The translations under genes and the position numbers were made by a program. Source: Macrostomum lignano (lineage: Eukaryota). From it: a DNA stretch of 64,000 nt. The stretch is from NCBI GenBank assembly GCA_002269645.1, contig NIVC01000109.1, forward strand, positions 731,670 through 795,669. The letters are read 5' to 3'. The notes beneath the pieces are model-generated. The model was given only the letters and a program-made list of their open reading frames with translations. It was not told the origin of the DNA and searched no databases. Of the stretch, positions 45,601 through 59,086 are shown piece after piece (positions within the stretch are counted from its first letter, which is position 1; the number at the start of each line of letters is the position of its first letter).

Positions 45601-48061
45601 TCATTTCTACGCTGACCTGTGGCTGGGTCTGCTGCGCAGGCTGGCCCGGGCCGACCTGCGGGTGCCCCGGTTTGCCCACATGCTGCACCGCTGCCTGTCT
45701 GTGTACTGCCGGGCCCGGCCACTGCTGGCCGATGCCTTCTCTGTCGCCGCTGCTGCCGCAGCTGCCAACGCCGGCGGAGGCACGTCGCCATCTCGACAGT
45801 CGGCGATGCAGATGTCGGATGGCTGCGGTAGTGGCGCCGCACTTTGGTGGCAGCGCCAGGCCGAGGTGACCCGCCTTGGCGCCGAGCTGCTGCGCGCCTG
45901 CGTTGACGCCAAGCGCCGATCGGGCTTAAAGAGCGGCTCAGTTGCCGCCGACTCTGCCGACAATAACAACTATGACGATCAGGCCGAAGTTCGGACTCGG
46001 GTTGTGGATTATCTGGCTGATTCGGCGAGGCTGCTGGCTCTGGTCTGCGATCTGGGCGGCGATGAAGCTGTAGCGGAGGCTGAGGCCGAGGCAGAGGCCA
46101 GCGGAGCCGATTTGTCGACTGGGACGGCGCTGCCGCGGCCGCAGACGTCGCCGTGGTCCTCGGGGCCGCTGGACAGTCAAGCGCCTGACGTGGCGCCGGA
46201 CGGCACTCTGACGCCTCTGGGCCGCTACCAGCTCGCTAATAATGCCAGGCGCTTCCAGTATATGCCTTACTCTGGCGACTGGGACAGGTGAGTGAGCGGC
46301 TGAGCCTTTGAGTTTTTCCTTTTCTTAATCTACTAAAGTTACCCAGACAATGGCCTCTAAACCTACCCTGAGAATGGCCTCAAAACCTTCCCTGAGAATG
46401 GCCTCGAAATCTACCCTGAGAATAGCCTCTAAACCCTGAGAATTGCCTCTAAACCTACCCTGAAATGGCCTCTAAACCTACCCAGAGAATGGGCTCTAAA
46501 CCCTGAGAATGGCCTCTAAACCCTGTGAATTGCCTCTAAACCTACCCTGAGAATGGCCTCTAAACCTACCCTGAGAATGGCCTCTAAACCTACCCTGAGA
46601 ATGGCCTCTAAACCTACCCTGAGAATGGCCTCTAAACCTACCCTGAGAATGGCCTCTAAACCTACCCTGAAATGGCCCCTAAACCTACCCTGAGAATGGC
46701 CTCTAAACCTACCCTGAGAATGGCCTCTAAACCTACCCTGAGAATGGCCTCTAAACCTACCCTGAGAATGGCCCCTAAACCTACCCTGAGAATGGCCTCT
46801 AAACCTACCCTGAAATGGCCCCTAAACCTACCCTGAGAATGGCCTCTAAACCTACCCTGAGAATGGCCTCTAAACCTACCCTGAAATGGCCCCTAAACCT
46901 ACCCTGAGAATGGCCTCTAAACCTACCCTGAGAATGGCCTCTAAACCTACCCTGAAATGGCCTCTAAACCTACCCTTAGAATGGCCTCTAAACCTACCCT
47001 GAGAATGGCCTCTAAACCTACCCTGAGAATGGCCTCTAAACCTACCTTGAGAATGGCCTCTAAACCTACCCTGAGAATGGCCTCTAAACCTACCCTGAGA
47101 ATGGCCTCTAAACCTACCCTGAGAATGGCCTCTAAACCTACCCTGAAATGGCCCCTAAACCTACCCTGAGAATGGCCTCTAAACCTACCCTGAAATGGCC
47201 CCTAAACCTACCCTGAGAATGGCCTCTAAACCTACCCTGAGAATGGCCTCTAAACCTACCCTGAAATGGCCCCTAAACCTACCCTGAGAATGGCCTCTAA
47301 ACCTACCCTGAGAATGGCCTCTAAACCTACCCTGAGAATGGCCTCTAAACCTACCCTTAGAATGGCCTCTAAACCTACCCTGAGAATGGCCTCTAAACCT
47401 ACCCTTAGAATGGCCTCTAAACCTACCCTGAGAATGGCCTCTAAACCTACCCTGCCGCCGCAGGCAGCCAGTCAGGTCCTGGGAATGCGGCACCCTAGTG
47501 GTGCTCACCACCGAGTTGTCGGACTGGCTCACCCACCTGGCCGGCCGAGACCGACTCGAATCTCTATGCTCGCGGTCCCGGCTAGCTCACCTATTGCTGG
47601 CGGCGCCAAACGAGCGCGATCGTCTGCGCCGGCGCCTCGGCCGACGCGCGGCGCCAATTTTACGAGTATGCTCTTCTTCTTCTTCGTCGCGAGAGTGTAA
47701 AGATCGGGCCGGAGATGCGAGAATCTCATTGAGATGGCTGGCGGGCTACCCGACCCTGTTGGTGATGCTGGCAGCCTATGCCGCTTACAGCTGCCTGCTT
47801 GGCTACAAGTCTCTGGCCTTATTCTGCTTGCTAATAGCTTTCACCAAGTTCTGCCTGCTAGTGCTCGATGAGGCCTGCTGGATTTGGAGATTCGGATCGG
47901 CAAATCCTGCTGGTGCTACTACTGCTAGCAATAGTACTAGTAGTAGTGCTAGTAAAAGTCCGGCTCTGGATGTGTCTGACTGTTCTCGGCTTGTTGGTTC
48001 CGGTATTAGAAGCGGCCCGATACCGTTTCCCGGCTTGGATGCGTCCTCTTTGGCCGATTGA
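42629..48061 (+). CDS. SMPD4: Sphingomyelin phosphodiesterase 4 (neutral sphingomyelinase 3) ortholog
   Basis: Exons 42629-42718, 43275-44090, 44619-44897, 45506-46287, 47464-48061, all in phase. Motifs EVHTALPTLLDNILG, FLAPAGP..YDFPVSRL, PTPDHV.LVR..VKYLHHF, WLSYLQPWRY, LTPLGRYQ, QPVRSWE, and a C-terminal TM. No ATG in the first exon seen. Confidence 0.9.
42786..43152. repeat. 17-bp-subunit intronic minisatellite (GATGAGATGCAGGGAAT)
   Basis: SMPD4 intron. Confidence 0.9.
44095..44540. repeat. ~21-bp intronic minisatellite (TTGGTTGCTGATTGGGGAGTC)
   Basis: SMPD4 intron. Confidence 0.9.
44911..45110. repeat. 51-bp intronic minisatellite
   Basis: About four copies of GCAGTGTGATCTTTTAGGCAGGTTGGTCACTTG... 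Confidence 0.9.
46347..47452. repeat. 24/22-bp intronic minisatellite (GAGAATGGCCTCTAAACCTACCCT)
   Basis: Fills the last SMPD4 intron up to the acceptor. Confidence 0.95.
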
Positions 48062-48479
48062 TTTATGGTGTAATTGTTGTCTCTCATTCCTTAGTGCATT
48101 TTCTAATTTCACTTTGTTTAAACTAATCTTGAAGCATTGCGTTCTAGCATGAGAAAGGTGTAGCGTCTTGTGACCCGGACAATTAGATGGTAGAATTCGT
48201 TTCACCTGAAGGATCGGTGAGTGTAGCGGATTATAATTCAAGTCAAGTACATTTGCTTTTGTATGTGTTTAATCTTGCTGTGTATTCATCATCACTATTT
48301 CACTATACGCGTTTGAGTTCCTTTTTTACGCTCGTAAGTAGTGCAATTGTGTAGTATTGTATTTTTTAATATCATAAATAAATATGTATTGGCGTTTAAT
48401 CAGCATGTCATGTTGGCAAGCTTGCTGTTCATTCATTATTTTGTCACAATTGTGCTGGCTGGGCTTTAGGGGCTGGCCA

Positions 48480-48491
48480 TTTATCTATCTG

Positions 48492-48526
<35 letters not shown>

Positions 48527-48551
48527 GTCTATCTATCTGTCTGTCTATCTG

Positions 48552-48610
<59 letters not shown>

Positions 48611-48611
48611 G

Positions 48612-48650
<39 letters not shown>

Positions 48651-48675
48651 GTCTATCTATCTATCTATCTGTCTG

Positions 48676-48710
<35 letters not shown>

Positions 48711-48774
48711 GTCTGTCTATCTGTCTATCTATCTATCTATCTGTCTGTCTATCTACTATCTGTCTATCTATCTG

Positions 48775-48805
<31 letters not shown>

Positions 48806-48885
48806 GTCTATCTATCTATCTATCTGTCTATCTATCTGTCTATCTATCTATCTATCTATCTGTCTATCTATCTATCTATCTATCA

Positions 48886-48921
<36 letters not shown>

Positions 48922-48946
48922 GTCTGTCTATCTATCTATCTATCTG

Positions 48947-49002
<56 letters not shown>

Positions 49003-49006
49003 CCTG

Positions 49007-49057
<51 letters not shown>

Positions 49058-49060
49058 CTC
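48480..49060. repeat. (TCTA/TCTG)n microsatellite between SMPD4 and the Kelch gene
   Basis: Seen directly. Confidence 0.95.
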
Positions 49061-49169
49061 TACCACCAGTGCAGCTCATCCACAAGCCCCACCGCATCAC
49101 TTCAGCCCTGAGTCGGACACCGCCAGCCCAGCCGCAGACTCCGCACTCGACAACCTGCCCAGCTGAGCG

Positions 49170-52100
49170 ATGTCTGCATCAGCAGCCTGGGATCTGGCTC
49201 TGGCCAATCGCGCCGGAAACGGCGCCGAATTTGGCGCAGGCGCCTCGGCAGCGGCGGCGGCAGCGTCGTCCTCCACGGGAGTCGCCGCCTCGCTGGATCC
49301 GACTTCTTCGCTGTCGGGCCTGCTGTCGCCGGCGTCTCCAGCCGCCGAGCAGCAGCAGGAGCAGGGCGGCCCGGACCCCGCCCACGCAGTGATGGTGCTG
49401 CAGGGCCTGTGCTCTTTGCGCTCCAAATCGGTTCTCACCGATGTCACCCTGCTGGCTGACGGCCAGAGATTCGATGTGCACAAGGTGATTCTGGTGTCCT
49501 GCTCAGACTATTTCCGCAGCATGTTCACCTCCGGGATGAAGGAGTGCAGCCAGAGTGAGATTGAACTGAAAGGCGTCACCGCTAAGGGATTAGAGAAGGT
49601 GAGTAAACACCCGTCGCACAAAGTTATTTACACAACATATCGGTGTAGTGCATATCTTGTAGTGCCTTCAAAAACGCGCAGGTGCTGGACATAATCTACA
49701 CGTCTAGCACCAGCATTGAAGGTGATGACGTGTTCGACATTCTGGCCGCTGCCACTCATCTGCAGGTGAGTTGTGCTTATTTTCTAGAAGTTAGACTCCA
49801 AATTTACCTTTCATTGGCCATTACATGTAGAATCACCTGTCAGCAAGCCATTAAATGTAGATCTTCACCTGTCAACAAGCCATTACATGTAGATCTTCAC
49901 CTGTCAACAAGCCATTACATCTAGATCTTCACCTGTCAACAAGCCATTACATCTAGATCTTCACCTGTCAACAAGCCATTACATGTAGATTTTCACCTGT
50001 CAACAAGCCATTACATGTAGATCTTCACCTGTCAACAAGCCATTACATGTAGATCTTCACCTGTCAACAAGCCATTACATGTAGAATCACCTTTCAACAA
50101 GCCTTTACATGTAGATATTCACCTGTCAACAAGCCATTACATGTAGAATCACCTTTCAACAAGCCATTACATCTAGATCTTCACCTGTCAACAAGCCATT
50201 ACATGTAGAATCACCTTTCAACAAGCCATTACATGTAGATCTTCACCTGTCAACAAGCCATTACATGTAGAATCACCTTTCAACAAGCCAATACATGTAG
50301 ATTGTAGATCTTCACCTGTCAACAAGCCATTACATGTAGAATCACCTTTCAACAAGCCATTACATGTAGATCTTCACCTGTCAACAAGTCATTACATGTA
50401 GATCTTCACCTGTCAACAAGCCATTACATCTAGATCTTCACCTGTCAACAAGTCATTATACATGTAGATCTTCACCTGGCAACAAGCCATTACATGTAGA
50501 TCTTCACCTGTCAACAAGCCATTACATGTAGATCTTCACCTGTCAACAAGCCATTACATGTAGATCTTCACCTGTCAACAAGTCATTATACATGTAGATC
50601 TTCACCTGTCAACAAGTCATTATACATGTAGATCTTCACCTGGCAACAAGCCATTACATGTAGATCTTCACCTGTCAACAAGCCATTACATGTAGATCTT
50701 CACCTGTCAACAAGTCATTACATGTAGATCTTCACCTGTCAACAAGCCATTACATCTAGATCTTCACCTGTCAACAAGTCATTATACATGTAGATCTTCA
50801 CCTGTCAACAAGCCATTACATGTAGATCTTCACCTGTCAACAAGTCATTACATGTAGATCTTCACCTGTCAACAAGCCATTACATGTAGAATCACCTTTC
50901 AACAAGCCATTACATCTAGATCTTCACCTGTCAACAAGCCATTACATGTAGAATCACCTTTCAACAAGCCATTACATGTAGATCTTCACCTGTCAACAAG
51001 CCATTACATGTAGAATCACCTTTCAACAAGCCAATACATGTAGATTGTAGATCTTCACCTGTCAACAAGCCATTACATGTAGAATCACCTTTCAACAAGC
51101 CATTACATGTAGATCTTCACCTGTCAACAAGTCATTACATGTAGATCTTCACCTGTCAACAAGCCATTACATCTAGATCTTCACCTGTCAACAAGTCATT
51201 ATACATGTAGATCTTCACCTGGCAACAAGCCATTACATGTAGATCTTCACCTGTCAACAAGCCATTACATGTAGATCTTCACCTGTCAACAAGCCATTAC
51301 ATGTAGATCTTCACCTGTCAACAAGTCTTTATACATGTAGATCTTCACCTGGCAACAAGCCATTACATGTAGAATCGCACCTTATTTGTCACTGCCTTCC
51401 GTCTCTCTTTAAGGTGATGCCAGTCCTGGAGTTCTGCGAGCGGAATTTCCTTCGCAACATGACCGCAGCCAACTTCACGGATTTCATCGTGACGGCTCGC
51501 CTGTACAACATGGCCGGCGTGCTGGCCCAGATTGACAAGTTCATCGCCGCCAACCTGCTGTCCATAGCTGACGGGCCGGCACTGAGCCAGCTGGGACTCG
51601 ACCAGATGCTGGCTTGCCTGCGTTCGCCGCACTGTCGCCTGCGCGAGATCGATGTGTTCCGTGCGGTGCAGCTCTGGCTGGATGCCAGAGATCAGCAGCA
51701 GCAGTGCATGGAACAGCTGCTCACTGAGATCCGCTATAACCTGATTGCGCCTTCGGATTTGGTGTCGAAAGTACAGTTGGCTCCGGCAGTTATGGCTAAT
51801 GCTAGACTGCACAGCCTACTGCTGCAGGTGATTGTCTTTGTCCTCTCAGAATGCACTTTTTTGGGCAATGCACTTTTATATTTAGGTCTTTGTTTTTGTC
51901 TCAAAGTCTTGAAGTAATTCATTGTTTAAAAAGGTCTTTGTTTTCTCAAAATAAGTCTTTGTTTTCTCAAAATAGGTCTTTGTTTTCTCAAAACAGGTCT
52001 TTGTCTTCTTGTTTTCTTAAAATAGATCTTTGTTTTCTTAAATAGGTATTTGTCCTCTCAAGATTAGTCTTTTCCATTTACATAGTCCATGGCTTTGTGA

Positions 52101-54577
52101 CACAACACCGCAGGCGCTTAACTATCACGTGGTGCCGCACTGCCAGCCGCTGTGCACCCCGCCAGACATGTGGCTGCGCTGCTACCGGGAGCAGCTGGTC
52201 TGCGTTGGCGGCCGCGACCTTCAGCCGACCACGCCCGGTCTGGTAGAGGACTGCTCAGCCCTGCTGCTGCCGAAGCCGTCTCAGGGCGCCACCGCTGCCG
52301 TCGCTGCGGCTGAGTCCTCGCTGATGTCGGCAGGCAGGAGCTCTTCAACTATCCGTCGTCACACCCTCGCTTCCCTGCCTACGCCTGTCAGTCACGCCCA
52401 ATGCGTTGTGCTCAACAACTTTCTGTACGTCCTGGGCGGCTGCGTCACCCAGTGCGCTCACGCCGAGTCGGCTGTGAACGCTGTGAGCCGATTCGACCTG
52501 CGCTTCAACGCCTGGTACCAGTGCGCCCCGATGCTGCAGCGGCGCGCCTACTTTGCTGCCGGCATTGTGATGGTGAACCGGCGGCCAAGGATTATGGTGG
52601 TGGCCGGCCGGCGGAAGGAGGGCGCCCTGCAGCACTGCGAGCTGTACGATCCTGAGGCCAACTGCTGGACTGCCGGCCCGTCGCTTGGGCAGGCCTTCTA
52701 CTCCCATGCTGGGGCTGTGTATAAGGATACGGTGAGGGATTTAGGGGGCTGCTTCCATTCTGGGGGCTGTTAGCTCACCCAGCGGTTAACGTGTCCGATT
52801 GTCGTGCCATCTGGGGGCTGTTAGCTCACACTCACACAGCGGTTAACGTGTCCGATTGTCGTGCCATCTGGGGGCTGTTAGCTCACACAGCGGTTAACGT
52901 GTCCGATTGTCGTGTCATCTGGGGGCTGTTAGGTCACACAGCGGTTAACGTGTCCGATTGTCGTGTCATCTGGGGGCTGTTAGGTCACGCAGCGGTTAAC
53001 GTGTCCGATTGTCGTGTCATCTGGGGGCTGTTAGGTCACACAGCGGTTAACGTGTCCGATTGTCGTGTCATCTGGGGGCTGTTAGGTCACACAGCGGTTA
53101 ACGTGTCCGATTGTCGTGTCATCTGGGGGCTGTTAGGTCACACAGCGGTTAACGTGTCCGATTGTCGTGTCATCTGGGGGCTGTTAGGTCACGCAGCGGT
53201 TAACGTGTCCGATTGTCGTGTCATCTGGGGGCTGTTAGGTCACACAGCGGTTAACGTGTCCGATTGTCGTGTCATCTGGGGGCTGTTAGGTCACACAGCG
53301 GTTAACGTGTCCGATTGTCGTGTCATCTGGGGGCTGTTAGGTCACACAGCGGTTAACGTGTCCGATTGTCGTGTCATCTGGGGGCTGTTAGGTCACACAG
53401 CGGTTAACGTGTCCGATTGTCGTGTCATCTGGGGGCTGTTAGGTCACACAGCGGTTAACGTGTCCGATTGTCGTGTCATCTGGGGGCTGTTAGGTCACAC
53501 AGCGGTTAACGTGTCCGATTGTCGTGTCATCTGGGGGCTGTTAGGTCACACAGCGGTTAACGTGTCCGATTGTCGTGTCATCTGGGGGCTGTTAGGTCAC
53601 GCAGCGGTTAACGTGTCCGATTGTCGTGTCATCTGGGGGCTGTTAGGTCACGCAGCGGTTAACGTGTCCGATTGTCGTATCATCTGGGGGCTGTTAGGTC
53701 ACACAGCGGTTAACGTGTCCGATTGTCGAGCCAAAATTCTTGGTCAAACTAGCCTGTTGAAGAAAAGGTTACCTTGACAAGTAGGGTCAATCTGCTGGAT
53801 AAACTTGTTCTGTTGCACTACTAATGGAACACATATTGACTTCATTTGGAATTCGGCAGGTCTAACAATCGCAATCTAAATCCCTTTGTCGGAAGGTTGG
53901 ATTTGTTATGCGATTCACAGCCGTGAGGACCAATCCCCAAGTCACTAAGGGTAATTGCAAACAACTAACTGGGGACTCTAGCGACTCTTGTGACTTTTTA
54001 CCGATTTTTTGCTGAGTTGTACAATCGTAAAAAAGAGTCGCGAAAAAGTAGTTGTTTTAGCGCTTAAATTTGCGCCACTGTCCTACGCCGCCGTGTTATC
54101 CCGCAGATGTACATCTCGGGCGGCTACGCCAACGAGAATTTCTATCCAGACGTGCACAAGCTCCGCCCTGCCGCCCAGTTCTGGGAGGAATGCGCGCCAA
54201 TGCTGGCCGCCCGCGGCTGGCACTGCATGGTCGAGGCCGCCGGCCGTCTCTACGTCTGCGGCGGCTGCTCGTTGAACGCGGCAAACAACGCCCTGCCGGT
54301 GCTGCAGTGCGAGCAGTACAACGCCGAAGCTGACCAGTGGACCATCGTGTCCCCGATGCCGGTGTCGCACAAGGAGGCCTGCGCCGTGGCTGTGGATCGG
54401 CATGTCTACGTGCTGGGCGGGTTCAATGTGCACACGAAGACTGGGCAGCGGCTGGTGTGCCGGCTGGATCTGGACTCGCATCAGTGGGAGACTGTTGGCT
54501 CGTTTAGTCACAGCACCACTGGGGTCTGCGCCTGTCTGCTTAAGGTGCCGCCTTATCTGTTGCCGTATGAGGACTGA
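49170..54577 (+). CDS. BTB-BACK-Kelch protein (KLHL9/13/26 group; Cul3 adaptor)
   Basis: Exons 49170-49598, 49682-49765, 51414-51827, 52114-52731, 54107-54577, all phase 0. BTB motifs [22 protein letters not shown] and IELKGV, a BACK domain, and Kelch repeats (LYVLGG, YISGG, LYVCGG, VYVLGG). Confidence 0.92.
49818..51375. repeat. 32-bp intronic minisatellite (GTAGATCTTCACCTGTCAACAAGCCATTACAT)
   Basis: Kelch gene intron 2. Confidence 0.95.
52757..53727. repeat. 51-bp highly homogeneous intronic minisatellite
   Basis: Kelch gene intron 4; explains ORF 52791-53777. Confidence 0.95.
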
Positions 54578-54659
54578 CGCTCTGGCATTGTTGCTGCTGC
54601 TGCTGCACTGTCTTTTCTGGTAATTGGAGCTGTGTGACCTAGACTGATTTAGGTAAGTT

Positions 54660-55280
54660 AGATCAGATTGTGAATGCTAATTAGATTGTGTGAATCCTGA
54701 TTAGATTTTGTGAATGTTGATCAGATTTTGTGAATGTTGATTAGATTGTCTGAATGCTGATTAGATTGTGTGAATGCTGATTAGATTGTGTGAATGTTGA
54801 TCAGATCGTGTGAATGCTGATTAGATTGTGTGAATGTTGATCAGATTGTGTGAATGCTGATTAGATTGTGTGAATGCTGATTAGATTGTGTGAATGTTGA
54901 TCAGATTGTGTGAATGCTGATTAGATTGTGTGAATGTTGATCAGATTGTGTGAGTGTTGATCAGATTGTGTGAATGCTAATTAGATTGTGTGAATCCTGA
55001 TTAGATTGTGTGAATGTTGATCAGATTTTGTTAATGCTGATTAGATTGTGTGAATCCTGATCAGATTGTGTGAATGTTAATCAGATTGTGTGAGTGTTGA
55101 TCAGATTGTGTGAATGCTGATTAGATTGTGTGAATGCTGATTAGATTGTGTGAATGCTGATTGAATTGTGTAAATGCTGATTAGATTGTGTAAATGTTGA
55201 TCAGATTGTGTGAATGCTAATTAGATTGTGTGAATGCTGATTAGATCGTGTAAATGTTGATCAGATTGTGTGAATGTTAG
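54660..55280. repeat. 20-bp minisatellite (ATTAGATTGTGTGAATGCTG)
   Basis: Starts right after the AG|GTAAGT donor at 54653. Confidence 0.95.
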
Positions 55281-55744
55281 TTTGGTTGAATAATTAATAC
55301 TGCTTATATTGTGTGAGCATTGGTCACATTGTGTCGGAGGTTGCTGTGAAATGTGATCCAGTTGTGAGTCATAATCACCGTTTAGTGTGAGAAAAAGTTC
55401 CGCTGCAGTCTATTTTTCGGTTTCATTCTTGCTTTGTTTTGATATTTCGCTAGGCGCATTTCTCCTCTGTATATTATTGATTTTTTTCACCTCATAAAAT
55501 ACTTATCGCGCACCTGTAAAGCTGGGATACCCTGTTGCTGATTACCTGTGTCTCTATGGATCATCTTCATTCGCTAATGCGTGTAAAATTTTAAATGTTA
55601 TGAGAAGAGATGGCCACCAGTCTATCAAGCCTTATTTTCAATTTGATTTGTATTGTTAATACCTTTATTTCAATATCAAGTAATATCTTTGCCCACACCC
55701 CCTACCATGCGCTGTGTGTTTATCACAACACGCTAGGGCTAGCT

Positions 55745-56500
55745 TCCATCTCACATGCTAGACTATAGATCCCATCTCACACGATAGATCTCATCTCACG
55801 CTAGATCCAATCTCACACGCTAGACTATGGATCCCATCTCACACAGTAGATCCCATCCCACACGCTAGATCCCATCCCACACGCTAGATCCCATCCCACA
55901 CGCTAGATCCCATCTCACACGATAGATCTCATCTCACGCTAGATCCAATCTCACACGCTAGACTATGGATCCCATCTCACACAGTAGATCCCATCCCACA
56001 CGCTAGATCCCATCCCACACGCTAGATCCCATCTCACACGATAGATCTCATATCACGCTATATCCCATCTAAACACGCTAGATCCAATCTCACACGCTAG
56101 ATCCCATCCAAACACGCTAGATCCCATCCAAACACGCTAGATCCAATCTCACACGCTAGATCCCATCCCACATGCTAGATCCCATCCAAACACGCTAGAT
56201 CCCATCCAAACACGCAAGATCCCATCCAAACACGCTAGATCCCATCCAAACACGCAAGATCCCATCCAAACACGCTAGATCCCATCCAAACACGCAAGAT
56301 CCCATCCAAACACGCAAGATCCCATCCAAACACGCAAGATCCAATCTCACACGCTAGATCCCATCCAAACACGCTAGATCCCATCCAAACACGCAAGATC
56401 CCATCCAAACACGCTAGATCCCATCCAAACACGCTAGATCCCATCCAAACACGCTAGATCCCATCCAAACACGCTAGATTCAATCTCACACGCTAGATCC
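55745..56500. repeat. ~20-bp minisatellite (GATCCCATCCAAACACGCTA family)
   Basis: Seen directly. Confidence 0.9.
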
Positions 56501-56595
56501 CATCCTTCTCTCTAGAACCCATCCCACACAATATATCCCATCAGCCTCTTTAACTCCCTACAAAATCCTAATTATCTGCAACATAATCTTGTTTC

Positions 56596-56642
56596 AATAA
56601 AGCTTCTTTGCTTGTTTCTGCGAGTAATTTTCTTTCTCCTAG
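56596..56642 (+). promoter_or_regulatory. AATAAA poly(A) signal followed by a U-rich tract and a strong 3' splice acceptor (candidate trans-splice site for ISCU)
   Basis: AATAAA at 56596-56601; TTTTCTTTCTCCTAG ends at 56642; ISCU ATG at 56667. Confidence 0.6.
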
Positions 56643-56666
56643 CAACCGAAATCCAAGCAACCAAGC

Positions 56667-58110
56667 ATGTCCAGCGCTCTGCTCCGCACCCTGTCGCCTG
56701 GCCGTCACTGCCAGCGCCTCACCCAGGTGGCCACGGCCGCCTACCACAAGAACGTGCTGGACCACTACGAGAACCCGCGCAACGTGGGCTCGCTGGACAA
56801 GGCCAGCAAGCGGGTCGGCACCGGCCTGGTCGGGGCTCCCGCCTGCGGCGACGTCATGAAGCTGCAGATCGAGGTTGACGATAATGGGCGCATTGTTGAC
56901 GCCAAGTTCAAGACCTTCGGCTGCGGCTCCGCCATCGCCAGCAGCAGCCTAGCCACCGAGTGGGTCAAGGGCAAGTCTGTGGACGAGGCCTCCGGGATCA
57001 GGAACTCGGAAATCGCCAAGGAGCTGCGCCTGCCGCCAGTCAAGCTGCACTGCTCCAGTGAGTGCTCCGTGACACCACTCCCATCCCACACTGCCATCCC
57101 ACACTGCCATCCCGCATTCCCATCCCACACTCCCATCCCACACTGCCATCCCACACTGCCATCCCACTCTCCCATCCCACACTCCCATCCCACATTCCCA
57201 TCCCACACTCCCATCCCACACTGCCGTCCCACACTGCCATCCCACATGCCCATCCCACACTCCCATCCCACACTGCCGTCCCACACTGCCATCCCACATT
57301 CCCATCCCACACTCCCATCCCAAACTGCCATCCCACTCTCCCATCCCACACTCCCATCCCACATTCCCATCCCACACTCCCATCCCACACTCCCATCCCA
57401 CATTCCCATCCCACACTGCCATCCCACTCTCCCATCCCACACTCCCATCCCACACTGCCATCCCACTCTCCCATCCCACACTCCCATCCCACATTCCCAT
57501 CCCACACTCCCATCCCACACTGCCGTCCCACACTGCCATCCCACATGCCCATCCCACACTCCCATCCCACACTGCCGTCCCACACTGCCATCCCACATTC
57601 CCATCCCACACTCCCATCCCACACTGCCATCCCACATTCCCATCCCACACTCCCATCCCACACTGCCATCCCACACTCCCATCCCACATTCCCATCCCAC
57701 ACTGCCATCCCACTCTCCCATCCCACATTCCCATCCCACACTGCCATCCCACACTCCCATCCCATATCAGACTGCCATCTTCCACTGACTTTTCTCAACC
57801 CCATTTCACAGATCCCATCCCACAGGCCAATCCCACATATCCCATTTTACAGGATCCCATCCCACAGATTCCATCTTACACAGGATCCCATCCCACAGAT
57901 CCCATTTCACAGGATCCCATTCCACAGGCCCATCCCACAGATCCCATTTCACAGGATCCCATCCCACAGATATTGAACGAAGCCTGACTGACCCGCACGC
58001 ACCGCCTCCCCCTCGCATCCCCTTCAGTGCTGGCCGAAGACGCCATCAAGGCGGCCCTGAAGGACTTTAAGGTGAAGAACGCTGACGAGGCCGGAGTGAT
58101 GGAGAAGTAA
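56667..58110 (+). CDS. ISCU: Mitochondrial iron-sulfur cluster assembly scaffold
   Basis: Exons 56667-57057 and 58028-58110. Motifs YHKNVLDHYENPRNVG, GAPACGDVM, FKTFGCGSAIASSS, LPPVKLHCSMLAEDAIKAA; Arg-containing basic presequence. Confidence 0.97.
57073..57970. repeat. CCCATCCCACAC-family minisatellite filling the ISCU intron
   Basis: Seen directly; explains ORFs 56765-58018. Confidence 0.95.
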
Positions 58111-59086
58111 CTCCGTGTGGCTCCGGCCGATCTGCACTGCCGGTGTGTTAGCAGTGCAAACAGGAGTTTTCCGTCTTGACCAACCCGGAAATTGTTTACG
58201 TTTCTGCTTTCATTAATTCGCTTCATCTTGATTGCATCAATTTTCAGTTGTCTAATACAAAATACGAGTATTAATTTTTATGTAGGATTAGTGTAGGAAT
58301 TGATTAATTTAATCAAGTAGTTTATTAGGAGTATTAATGTCTGTTTCTCTCTACTTATTACTGTCGTTATATTTTATCCAGACGGGTTCTTCACCCCCTT
58401 CAGTACTTAAACTTTCTTTTTCCTCAACCTTTAATATCTAATTTGAAATCAAGCTTAGTTTAGCAAATCAGTTTAAATCTATTTTGTTTCAACTTATTTT
58501 AATCAAAGTAGCTCCATGCCATCTCCATGTCATCAGTGTGTACTCGTAATGATGCAGAATAATACACTTGAAAAATAAAAAAATACCTTTGTTTTAATTT
58601 TCTCCATCCTAGCTTTGTACATAAGTAGTCTTCATCATAACCATAATTTATAACAAATTTAAGTTTCTTCACTTTAAATCATTTGCTAAAAGCAAAAAGT
58701 GTTAGTTTGTATTTGTATAAATTTCAGTCAGTGTCATTATTTGCTAGTAATCTTTATCATATTTATAAATATGTATAGTAGATTGAGTTAATTAATTTTA
58801 GATTGCAAAGTGCATAATGTACGCGTATTTCAGGTATATACAGAGGTCAGGCTTCAAGATAACAGTTTCAGTTAGCCGGCTATTTATAGATTTTAATAAT
58901 TGGTCTCGTTATTACAAAATCACAGCGGGGAAAATAGAATATTCGCCTAACCGCACTACTGCACTCGCTATTTAGTAAGTAGTGCGTAGCAGATTTTGTT
59001 GCAACAATTTACTGACGACAGCTCTTGAAAGACAGGGTATTAGACTGCGAGTAGGGAAGAGAGTCTCAGGTTAACTTGAGCTTCAG

